From Lingula anatina (Eukaryota > Animalia > Brachiopoda), in the NCBI GenBank assembly GCA_051362555.1, contig CM120645.1:24642934-24706933 (forward strand): a stretch of 64,000 nt of DNA, given 5' to 3'. Position numbers and translations under genes: made by a program. Within the stretch, counting starts at the first letter, position 1. The number at the start of each line of letters is the position of its first letter. The notes under the pieces were generated by a model, which was not told where the DNA came from, made no database searches, and saw only the letters and a program-made list of their open reading frames with translations. Shown here piece by piece: positions 38,553-51,217 of the stretch.

Positions 38553-41370
38553 TTTGTGCCATCTTAGTGCAACTAGCTGAATACCATGTCAGCTGGTTTG
38601 TGGCAGCTGCTGTATGACTTTGTTTGCTTTAACCAAGTGTATATAATTGGTGAACATACTGAAAGATGTCTGCATTCTTTAAAACAGTGCTTTGTTTAAA
38701 TGAAGTGTTAAATAGTTACTCCCTACCTCCTTTCTCTTCCAACCTCCCTCTAGCTTCAGTATATACTAATTATTACAGACACATACACTCAACCTCACTT
38801 GACCCTCTAACCTCAGTATACTAATATATATACATACATACAATATTTTGATTCAGTCTTCTTTGGTGGGCTTTTCCCTAACCTAACCAGCCCCTACTTC
38901 ACCCTATAGCTCCAGTATGCCAAAACATGTCCTTGTATTTATTTTGAGTTCTATCTGTATGTCAATTAATATTTGTTGCTAATTCATGAGAGTTAATATT
39001 GTTTACATATATTCCAGGTTGGTAGATGACAGGACAGTGGTTCAACCCGAGGCAGGGGACCTCACCAACCCACCCAAGAAATTCAGAGGTAGGTATTCTT
39101 GCTTATCAAAGATAAATGTAAAAAATTGGATGCAAACAGATTGGTTGGTTGATTGGTTGATTACTGGGTTGGTTGATTGGTTGATTATCGGGTTGGTTGA
39201 TTACTGGGTTGGTTGATCACTGGGTTACTTGGTAGATATGTTGGTAGGTAGGCAGGTAGGTAGGTGGATTGAGTACTTGGTAAGTTGATTACTTGCTAGG
39301 TAGGTATGTTGGTTGTTAAGTAGGCAGGCAGGTAGGTACATCATCAGTATTTGGGCAGATAGGTTGGTTGATAAGTAGGTAATTGGGCAGGTAGGTAGTA
39401 AGGTTGGTAGATTGATATATTGATTGTAGAAAGGTAGATAGGTTGGTAGGTAAGTAGGCATATAGGCAAGTTGGTTGGTAGTTAGGTGGATATTTGATAG
39501 CTAGCAAGGCAAATTTAAAAAAAAAAACTCATACAGTTGCAGTAGTGGAGTTCTGTAGAAGTCATTCACCATTTATACTGTAATGTGAAGGAGTTATTAG
39601 TTTGCCTCTTCAGTAAATCTGTCATAACATCCTCCCAGCCATTACTAGCAAGACTGCTCCTTCAAAGTGCACCTCTTGTCAGATGATGGATGAGACTTGC
39701 TCCCAGCAGTGCTGCCTGCTGCTTTCTTGGGATTTTGGTTCTTAATATAGCATCAGGGTACCAGATAATATCACACAAAGATTTGGTTGTTTTTTACTTC
39801 GTGATTGATGCTTTGTCCATATTAAGCTTAATGGTAAGAGTACTTTTAAAATGAAGTTACTGGCTTGGCATTGGTTGGACTTGCAGTTGATGAATTTCTT
39901 GCTATTTCAATCACTCACTAAAATGAATACATTTAGTAAGTCCCATTTGCTGTATTATATTAAACATAATAAAGATGTAAAGAGGAAAGGGAGTCAAACA
40001 ATTAATGAGGTTCAATAATGTTATTGTTAACAAGAAGCATTGCAGTTATCATATATATTCAGTGGATAAGATGTGATCTCCCAGAGGGTAGGAGATTATT
40101 ATCCTGTAGCTGTGACATAAATCAGTCATTCTATGCCTGACACCATTCATGGTGTGGAGTTGACAATTGTTAGGATAATCAACATCATTGTGGGAATTGA
40201 CAGGCAAGGGCACCAATATAATAACCTGTTGGTGCAAAGGAGTGCTGAATATCACTGAACACTCCCTTAGTAGCAAACTTAGACCCCATTCCCATAGATT
40301 AGATCGACCCAAACTAGATCGATTTAACTCCCTGGGGGTTCACGCTAAATAGCTGTCAGCTGAGCGGGCATTAAAGTTAATTACCCCCTTATAGCTTGTA
40401 GTAGGCGGGACGGACATTTAAGCCGGATTATCTGACAGTAATCTAGTGAGACTCCCCACGGGGATAGATCGATCTAAAATCTCTGGGAATACACTTTTTG
40501 GTATAGTTTTAACTATTTAGCTGAGGAGTATTATGGACATTAAGAAAAATAAGGCAAAACTGATTTATCAGCATTATTTTAGAAAGAACACTTTTTCCTT
40601 CGGCAAAAAAATCTGAAGCTTGTGGTGAAGATACAAAATGCTAGCAAAGAATTCTGAAAAGTATTATGAAGATTTCAAATTCCAGCATAGTCTACTATAT
40701 AGCTTAATGAAGATTTCAAATGCTAGCCGAGTCTGCTATAAAGCCTTATGAAGATTTCAGAAGCTAGCCAAGAGTCAGACTGATGTATAATGAAATGAAG
40801 TAAGAAGTGATAAGTTACTGTACAATAAGATTATTATTAAATGGCATCTGTCACACCTGCTCCAGCCGTAGGGGGTCTTATTACAGACAGCTCACATTAT
40901 CATCATTCACTTCATAGGATTCAGTAGAAATCAATTCCCTTGCTTGGTATTGTGCACTTGATTCCTTACTTGTCACTGGAACTATTGGTAAAGAAGGACC
41001 AATTAATTACTTGTTATTTTACTGGGAAAATACAAAATCTTTCATTTCAAATGAATATGGCTGTTTGATAATTCTGTTTTATCTTATTAACATGCAGTTA
41101 GATGATTCTTCAATAGTATCCCATATATTGCCTTTTTGGTTAAGATTCTTTGATGATTCTTCAATAGTAACCCATATATTGCCTTTTTGGTTAGGATTCT
41201 TATAATGTTGGCCTGTTTTTCTGTTTCAGATTGCCTGTTTCGTATCTGCCCTATGAACAGGTACTCTGCACAGAAACAGTTTTGGAAAGCCTCCAAACAG
41301 ACTTCCCACCAAACAAGTGTCACTGACGCTGTGCTGCTGAAGAAATTACATGTGAGTAAGGAGTTAACTG

Positions 41371-41455
<85 letters not shown>

Positions 41456-44400
41456 TGGCATGCTGTTCTCAATATCACACTGTGGACTGCACATTACATT
41501 GGACGATGTGATTAAATGTCACACATCAAACACACCTAACACACTGTCACATATGACACAATGCCCCAGATGTCTATGTTAACACAATGTCACGCTTAAC
41601 ACAGTGTATCTCCTAACACAATGTCACACCTGAAACAATGTCAGACCTAGCACAATGTCAGACCTAACACACTGTCATACCTAGCACAATGTCAGACCTT
41701 ACACAATGTCACACCGAACACAATGTCACACCGAACACAATGTCACACCTAACACAATGTTACACCTAACACAATTTCAGACCTAACACAATGTCACACC
41801 TAACACAATGTCACACTTAGCTGGTACTTATTACTTGATGGCCTAGTTTTATATGCACTTTTATTTCACAGCTGACTCTGTGTTTATGTCCTGAAATTTT
41901 CTGTTGAAATTTTAGATTTAAGCAATTGCCCATTGATGACTGTGAATATGTAATTATTTGTAATATTTGTTGTTTGTGGCCTTTCAAAGTGTCTCCATTT
42001 GCTATCATTTTTGTGTGGTGATTGTAAGAATTATCATCTTTCTCCAATCACAAGTTTCCCTTTCATATTAACACAGCTTAAACAGTCTTTGTTTGCCTGT
42101 GTAACAAGCTTTTTTCAGGTAGAAGTTTTGTGTTGCCTAGCAACATGAGCCCCTCACATGATATGAGAATTGTGCTGTCTAAATATCTGATAACACACGC
42201 ACATAGGATGTGTTCAACCAGTCTGTTTCCAGAACATTTGACTTGTTTCATCACCAAGTTATCTTGTGATTATATCACCATTCTAGATGATTCATCATTC
42301 AAGGTGCACTAATGTATGCATACCCAGGTAATAATTTTGTGTTTAGGTGAAAATTGTGTTTATCGCCTGGCAGATGCAATTTTCACCTGAACGTAAAATT
42401 ATCACCTGGATATTGATATGCTAGTCTTGCCACACATTTCATCTCTGTTCCATATTGACCACACCAGTATGGCTTTAACAGTTTAATCCAGTAATGAAAA
42501 TGAAGTTGTAAATATCAGTTACAAAGCTCCTTTACTTGGCTATATGATGAGCAGTACCCGTATATATTTGGATGGTATCTACCTAGCTGGCCACCCTGGC
42601 CACAGATGTCCATCATGGGGTTGCCATGGAAACGGTTACATGACGTCTCTGTTTTCCATTTTCTTGCCAAGAATGCATTGTGTACCTGTGGGTGTATTAT
42701 GCTCATATGCTAATTCTGGTTAAGATGGCCATGACTTATTAAACAAAGGAAACTTTGATAGTCATATTAACTGTTAGGTAAAATGATGTGGGATCTTGTG
42801 TTATTCCTACTACATAGTGTTTGTATGAATGGTCTATCTGATGATTGTCTGGGGTTTTTTTTCTACATATTCTGTCTATTCCTAATAAATAAGCACTGTT
42901 TGCCATCTTTTCGTGCCACTGGTGAAATGTGCAGCTATTTAGATCTGTTCGTCATTAAGCCAGACATCCCTCTTCCATAAAATTGCATGATATCTTTGTT
43001 CACAGTTCAGTTGAATGTGTTTTCACTTCTCTGTTTACTGCAGCATGCTGTGCGCCAGAGATGATATTTGGTTTAAGTTTGAGAGAGAAAGAAAAGAGAG
43101 AGAGAGAGAGCATTTTTATGTTGGTTAATTAAGATATACAGTGAAGGTTAGTCAGATATGTCAGTCACACAATTACACAGTCACATATGAGTTATATTAA
43201 GTTATTAGCCAAATATAGTCACTAGTGACAATTCTGAGTAAAATTTCCCTGCATGAAAAATAATTGGAGGGTTCAACTTGGATTAAAAATCATAGTGATA
43301 CTGCTTTCTTCACCATTGAAAAAACTCTGTACAGTTTCAGTTTCTGTACCTGCACTAATTAACTTAAGTTACTAATGTCATACTTAGTTGCCAGCAGCTT
43401 CTTTTAAGCTATTAAAAATTATCCTGGAATCTAACATCCAAAAAAGTTATTTCCATCAATGATTTAATTCAGACAAGAAAGATATATTTCCTCTTTCCTG
43501 CTGATATGCCACTTTAATGGTCTACTTACCCGCTAATAGAGAAGACATGAAAAACACCCACACACTGCATTAAGTAGGTGTGTTCAGACAAGAACACTGC
43601 AGAACACATTAGAGCAATTAGTAGGTGTGTTCAGACAAGAACAGTGTGGAACACATATCAGTGTATTCTGTAGGTGTGATCAGACAGGAACAGTGTTGAA
43701 CACATATCAGTGCATTCTGTAGGTGTGTTCAGACAGGAAGAGTGTGGAACACATATCAGTGCATTCTGTAGGTGTGTTCAGACAGGAAGAGTGTGGAACA
43801 CATATCAGTGTATTCTGTAGGTGTGATCAGACAGGAAGAGTGTGGAACACATATCAGTGCATTCTGTAGGTGTGTTCAGACAGGAAGAGTGTGGAACACA
43901 TATCAGTGCATTCTGTAGGTGTGTTCAGACAAGAACAGTGTTGAACACATATTAGTGCATTCTGTAGGTGTGTTCAGACAGGAACAGTGTTGAACACATA
44001 TCAGTGCATTCTGTAGGTGTGTTCACACAAGATCAGTGTTGAACACATATCAGTGCATTCTGTAGGTGTGTTCAGACAGGAACAGTGTGGAACACATCAG
44101 TGCATTCTGTAGGTGTGTTCAGACAGGAACAGTGTGGAACACATATCAGTGCCTTCTGTAGGTGTGTTCAGACAAGAACAGTGTTGAACACATATCAGTG
44201 CACTCTGTAGGTGTGTTCAGACAAAAATAGATTATAGAGAGAACTTTGCTCAGTTTCTGAGATGACATCAATAAGCATTTCTAGTCTCACGCAGTCTCGT
44301 TCTGAGTGTGGCCTCTGCTTACTACAAGGAAAAAGATGGTTTTATTGGCTTGCCAATTTCACTTCAGCTGGCATTGAACATTTCTGCTGATATGTGATGT

Positions 44401-47400
44401 TTGTTTTATCTCCTGTACAGTTTGCAAGTATACTTACTTCTTACAGTGAGAATTAATTGGTTCAGCATAATGTTTAACATATCAGATTCTGGCAATTAAA
44501 ACAACTCTTTTTTCAGTTCAGTATTGGCTCAAAGACTTATTCTAAATGTCAAAATAAGATGATATTTGTACTTCACAGCATATAATGTTGATGCATGTTT
44601 TTACTCAATTTTTCAGCATGCAGCAGAATTGGAGAAAAAACAGAATGAAATTGAAAACAAGAAACTGTTGGGCAACATTGCTCAGTATGGCAGTGTTGTA
44701 CAGGTGAGCCCCCAGTCTTGTGCAGGGGGTGGTGTTCTCCTCTATGACATCTTTATACAATTATTGACTGTGGCTGAGGTCTGCTATTGGCTAGGTTTAA
44801 CCCCAAGCTGGAATAAAATGACCTCAGTCAGTTATCCCAGCTTTAGGTTGAAACTTAGCCAACTACTGACTGAAACACAAAACCTATAACATCTTTGTTA
44901 CATTATCACAATGTAAAGATAATTGAAAGTAATTAAGACACAATGACAACTTATTGATTACATATCTAGCTCATGGAGTCACTAAAATAATTGACCTCAT
45001 GTGGCTGCCTATCATGTGAGTGGGCAGCGTCAAAATTGATGATCATGTGGCAGTTCTCTTTATACAATTGTTTCCGTTACATCTATTCTCCTTATGCAAT
45101 TGTTTTCTTTTTATATTTCGACCAATTCCTTTGTTGAGCAAGTAATAGGTGTTTTTACTGTTTTTTATGTACAGACACAGATGTGTCTGTACATATTGCC
45201 ATCACCTGCGTCTGTCGTCGCCGTCGCCGTTCATGTCGCCGTTCATGTCGCCGTCGATGTCGCCGTCGCCGTGCACTTTCAGCGTTAACACCATAAGTGG
45301 AAGACAGTTTTACTTTTTGGCTTTATATTTACAGAGCTGATGAATATTCATAAAACGCAGGTCAAGTTCGAAAATCAGCATGATCGGGCCATTATTGTAG
45401 AATTTATGCTGTTTTTTCACTTTTCAGCATATATGCAACACTGTTAACACATTTCAAAGAAAACCGATAGGCCTGTTGTCATGAAACTCACAGGAGTAAT
45501 CAATCTTACTTAAACGCAGGTCAAGTTCGAAAATCAGCATGATCGGGCCACCATTTTAGTAGTTATGCCGTTTTTTCACTTTTCAGCATATATGCAACAC
45601 TGTTAACACATTTCAAAGAAAACTGATAAGCCTGTTGTCATGAAACTCACAGGAGTAATCAATCTTACTAAAACGCAGGTCAAGTTCGAAAATCGGCATG
45701 ATCGGGCCACCATTTTAGTAGTTATGCTGTTTTTTCACTTTTCAGCATATATGCAACACTGTTAACACATTTCAAAGAAAACTGATAGGCCTGTTGTCAT
45801 GAAACTCACAGGAGTAATCAATCTTACTAAAACGCAGGTCAAGTTCGAAAATCAGCATAATCGGGCCATTATTTTATAAGTTATGCTGTTTTTTCACATT
45901 TCTTCTTGATTCAATTCTTAGGCATGTTAACAGTCTCATTATTTAATTAATAAGATACGTTAAAGTGTTTGCTTGACATTTCCTGCATCTTTACAACATT
46001 GTTAGTTGATTATGTAAAAATGATGGTAAACTTGTTATCATGTATTGTGTAATAAAGTGTCAAAAATGGAAATAAACTCATATTATTGCAGTTTGTAAGA
46101 TTCAATCATTCATTATGTTCAGAAACTCAGAATGGAGGAAATTGGACATTTGACACTGTTCTATTGATATTTTTCACATCTCATCAACTTTCTTAGTTGA
46201 ACATATAAAAATGGCAGTAAACTGTTAATTTTGTTTTATGTTAAAAAAGTGTTAAAAATGGAAATAAACGCATTTCATAACAGTACTGTCTTGTTTCACA
46301 TTTCCTCTTGATTCAATTCTTAGGCATGTTAACAGTCTCATCATTTAACTAATAAGATACGTAAAAGTCTTTGTTTAACATTTCCTGCATCTTTACAACA
46401 TTGTTAGTTGATTATGTAAAAATGATGGTAAGCTTGTTATCATGTATTGTATAATAGAGTTTCAAAAATGGAAATAAACTCTTATCATTGCAGTTTGTCA
46501 GATTCATTCATTCATTCACTATGTTCAGAAACTCAGAATGGAGGAAATTGGACATTAAACACTGTTCTATTGATATTTTTCCCATCTCATCAATTTTCTT
46601 AGTTGATCATATAAAAATGGCAGTAAAGTGTTAATTTTGTTATATGTTAAAAAATTGTTAAAAATGGAAAAAAATGCATTTCAGGACAGTACTGTCTTGT
46701 CTACATTTTGGCATTTTCAAGTTGTGACTTTGAAGTTCCATGGGCCTGAAGACCTTTGCTAGTCACATTTTCTGAATATCCATGATACTAATATTTTATT
46801 ATTAAAAATTGATGGTTATTATCCTGTTAAACATTATGTAATATTGCATCAAAATTTGAAGAAACCCCTATTTTGGACACTGCTCCCTTAATGACCATTT
46901 AAAGAAAACTATGTCACTTACTGTTCTCAAACTTACAGGAAAGAAACATGGGACTAAAATACAGTTTCATTAGGCAGTGCAGTCTATTTGGTAAATTTTT
47001 CTGGCAGTTAATCAGTTTTTTGTGAAAATTTAATTTTTCACATATTGGCAATTTCAAGGTGTGACTTAGAACCACCTTGGGCTTGAAGACCCATGCTAGT
47101 CACATTTTCTGAAAATCCACAATACGTATATTTAATTATTAAAAACTGATGTTCTTTATGCTGTTAAGCATTATGAAATATTGCATCAAAATAGAATAAA
47201 ACACAATATTGGGTATTGCTGCCATGATGACCATCATGGGAAAACCATATTACTTATGATTGTCAAACTTTTAAAAAAGAAACACAGGACTAAAATGCAG
47301 CTCGAGTTGGAAAAGCAGTCTAATTGACTTTTTTTTTTGGAAGTTTTACATTTTCAAAGTGTGAACTTGAACTCCCATGGGCCTGAAGCCTTATGCTTGT

Positions 47401-50400
47401 TACACATTTTACTTACATTGGTATTACCTGTTGAGCATAATTAAAATTTGATGTTGAATTTTCAGTTTAACATAATGTACTTTTACATCAGAATTGACAG
47501 TAGCCTATTTTGTTATTTCCTGCTTTTTGTCTGTACATTTGACAGCTTTGCTGCCTTGTTTTTCTTTCTGATTGGGTAAGATGATAGATCTTTGTGACTG
47601 TGCAGAACATATTAAGAAATGTTTGAACACTTGTAATACCAGTGACATAGAACTGTCTAACTCAATGAGATAATTTGATGAAAATGATATTTCTATTTCT
47701 GGCAAGAAACTGTTTGGATCACTTTAAACACGTGTATGAATGTCATATATTAACCTCTTCAGTTGCTCCACCTTAAAAGCAACAAGTACCTGACAGTGAA
47801 CAAGCGTCTGCCTGCGTTACTGGAGAAGAATGCCATGAGGGTCACACTGGACAACTCAGGAAATGAGGGATCTTGGTTTTATATAGTTCCCTTCTACAAA
47901 CTCCGTTCGTCAGGAGACAATGTGTGTAATAGGATGGAGATATTGGTGTTGAAATATTAATGGAACAATGAATAGTTTTGACTTCTTTTAAAAAATAAAT
48001 GGATACTTTTATATATTTAACAATTATATTGTTAAAATATGATAACTGCATTGTTCCAAATTCAAATGGAAATTCCAGGAAATATTGACTGGGAATGTAA
48101 ATGTAGCAAACTTTTATTATAATAATGATAAATAATATTTATTTACAGTGTAGAATAGATACAAAATGTTCTTTAGATTTTCCAAGGGTAAATTAAGAGA
48201 ATGAGATTGAATTAAAATACACAGTAGTTATTTCTTCACATTTGTAAAATTTCTGCTATGTTTTATTCAGGTTGTAGTGGGAGACAAGGTGGTCCTGAAC
48301 CCAGTGAATGCCGGCCAACCCCTGCATGCCAGTAACTATGACCTGCCTGACAACCCTGGCTGTAAGGAGGTCAACTCTGTCAACTGTAACACCAGCTGGA
48401 AGATTGTCCTCTTCATGGACTATAGGGAGAACCAGGAAGATGTGCTGAAAGGGGTAAGTATGGAGAGCTAGTCCTCTTCATGGACTATAGGATGAACCAG
48501 GAAGATGTGCTGAAAAGGGTAAGTATGGAGAGCTAGTCCTCTTCATGGACTATAGGATGAACCAGAAAGATGTGCTGAAAAGGGTAAGTATGGAGAGCTA
48601 GTCCTTTTCATGGACTATAGGATGAACCAGGGAGATGTGCTGAAAAGGGTAAGTATGGAGAGCTAGTCCTCTTCATGGACTGTAGGATGAACCAGAAAGA
48701 TGTGCTGAAAAGGGTAAGTATGGAGAGCTAGTCCTTTTCATGGACTATAGGATGAACCAGGAAGATGTGCTGAAAAGGGTAAGTATGGAGAGCTAGTCCT
48801 CTTCATGGACTATAGGATGAACCAGAAAGATGTGCTGAAAAGGGTAAGTATGGAGAGCTAGTCCTCTTCATGGACTATAGGATGAACCAGGAAGATGTGC
48901 TGAAAGGGGTAAGTATGGAGAGCTAGTCCTCTTCATGGACTATAGGATGAACCAGGAAGATGTGCTGAAAAGGGTAAGTATTGAGAGCTAGTCCTCTTCA
49001 TGGACTATAGGATGAACCAGGAAGATGTGCTGGTTAAGTAATTGGGAGCTAGTTCTCTTTATGCACAGTTTAAAAAGCATTTTATGAACAGGAAGAAGCA
49101 AGACCAGATTTTGTCATATATTAGAACTTAAGAAACAGTTTATGAACAGTTTGTGATTTTGGCACAAGGCAAGGCTATGTTTTACATGTACTACTCTACT
49201 TCCAGGGGGATGTGGTGCGTCTGTTCCATGCTGAACAGGAGAAGTTTCTTACCTGTGATGAGTACAAGAAGAAACAGTATGTGTTCCTCAGGACAACAGG
49301 GAGAACATCTGCCACTGCTGCCACTAGTTCTAAGGCACTGTGGGAAGTGGAGGTAAGGGTCAGGGTAACCTATGATAACTGTGGGAAGTGGAGGTAAGGA
49401 TTACTTTGACCTGGGATAACTGTGGGAACTGGAGATATCCCCTCCTCCCTCACAGATACTTTCTTCTTGCCAGAGATTCCCTCCTAGTCATTAGAAAGGG
49501 CAGATTTTGTCAGCAATAAAAATTACGTTGTAAACTGCTTGTAAACTCTTTTCAAATAACTGTTCATTGGGTATGAAAAAAAATTATTATTAAAATTTTT
49601 GACTAATGAGCTATAAATGATTCAGTTTTGTTAGAGAATCCTTATTAATATACTTTTATAGCAGCTTTAAAATTTGAACCTAATAGATGTGTGAACTGTC
49701 TCTTTCATGCGTGAATTCTCAGCTCAAAACTGGTTTATGTTGTCCAGGTTGTTCAACATGATCCATGCAGAGGGGGTGCTGGCCATTGGAACAGCCTGTT
49801 TAGGTTCAAACACCTAGCAACTGGACAGTACCTGGCTGCTGAGGTAAGACCACGTGTAGGTTCAAACACCTAGCAACTGGACAGTACCTGGCTGCTGAGT
49901 TAAGACCACATGTAGGTTCAAACACCTAGCAACTGGACAGTACCTGGCTGCTGAGGTAAGACCATGTGTAGGTTCAAACACCTAGCAACTGGACAGTACC
50001 TGGCTGCTGAGTTAAGACCACATGTAGGTTCAAACACCTAGCAACTGGACAGTACTTAGCTACTGAGGTAAGACCACATGTAAGTTCAAACACCTAGCAA
50101 CTGGACAGTACCTGGCTGCTGAGGTAAGACCACGTGTAGGTTCAAACACCTAGCAACTGGACAGTACCTGGCTGCTGAGGTAAGACCACATGTAGGTTCA
50201 AACACCTAGCAACTGGACAGTACCTGGCAGCTGAGGTAAGACCACATGTAGGTTCAAACACCTAGCAACTGGACAGTACCTGGCTGCTGAGGTAAGACCA
50301 AGTGTAGGTTCAAACACCTAGCAACTGGACAGTACCTAGCTGCTGAGGTAAGACCATGTGTAGGTTCAAACACCTAGCAATTGGACAGTACCTGGCTGCT

Positions 50401-51159
50401 GAGGTAAGACCACATGTAGGTTCAAACACCTAGCAACTGAACAGTACCTGGCTGCTGAGGTAAGACCAAGTGTAGGTTCAAACACCTAGCAACTGAACAG
50501 TACCTGGCAGCTGAGGTAAGACCATGTGTAGGTTCAAACACCTAGCAACTGGACAGTACCTGGCAGCTGAGGTAAGACCAAGTGTAGGTTCAAACACCTA
50601 GCAACTGAACAGTACCTGGCAGCTGAGGTAAGACCATGTGTAGGTTCAAACACCTAGCAATTGGACAGTACCTGGCTGCTGAGGTAAGACCACATGTAGG
50701 TTCAAACACCTAGCAACTGAACAGTACCTGGCTGCTGAGGTAAGACCATGTGTAGGTTCAAACACCTAGCAACTGAACAGTACCTAGCTGCTGAGGTAAG
50801 ACCACATGTAGGTTCAAACACCTAGCAACTGAACAGTACCTAGCTGCTGAGGTAAGACCAAATTAAGGCACGGTATTTTTCCCTCTCATTGGGTATTAGA
50901 TAGATATGTTAGAATAATCTTTGTAGCTGGCTTGCTTCATATAGCCTGCTGTAATAATACAGTGACACTAAGAATTTACTAGAGCCTTATGTCTTTCAGG
51001 TGGACAATGATCCGACCCCTGACCCCATGCGTAACAAGCTGCGTGGTGGTCCCAGCACTCCTGTGTATACACTGGTCTCTGTGCCTCATGGACATGACAT
51101 TGCTTCCATCTTTGAACTGGACCCCACCACAATGACCAGAGGAGACTCACTGGTACCCA

Positions 51160-51217
<58 letters not shown>

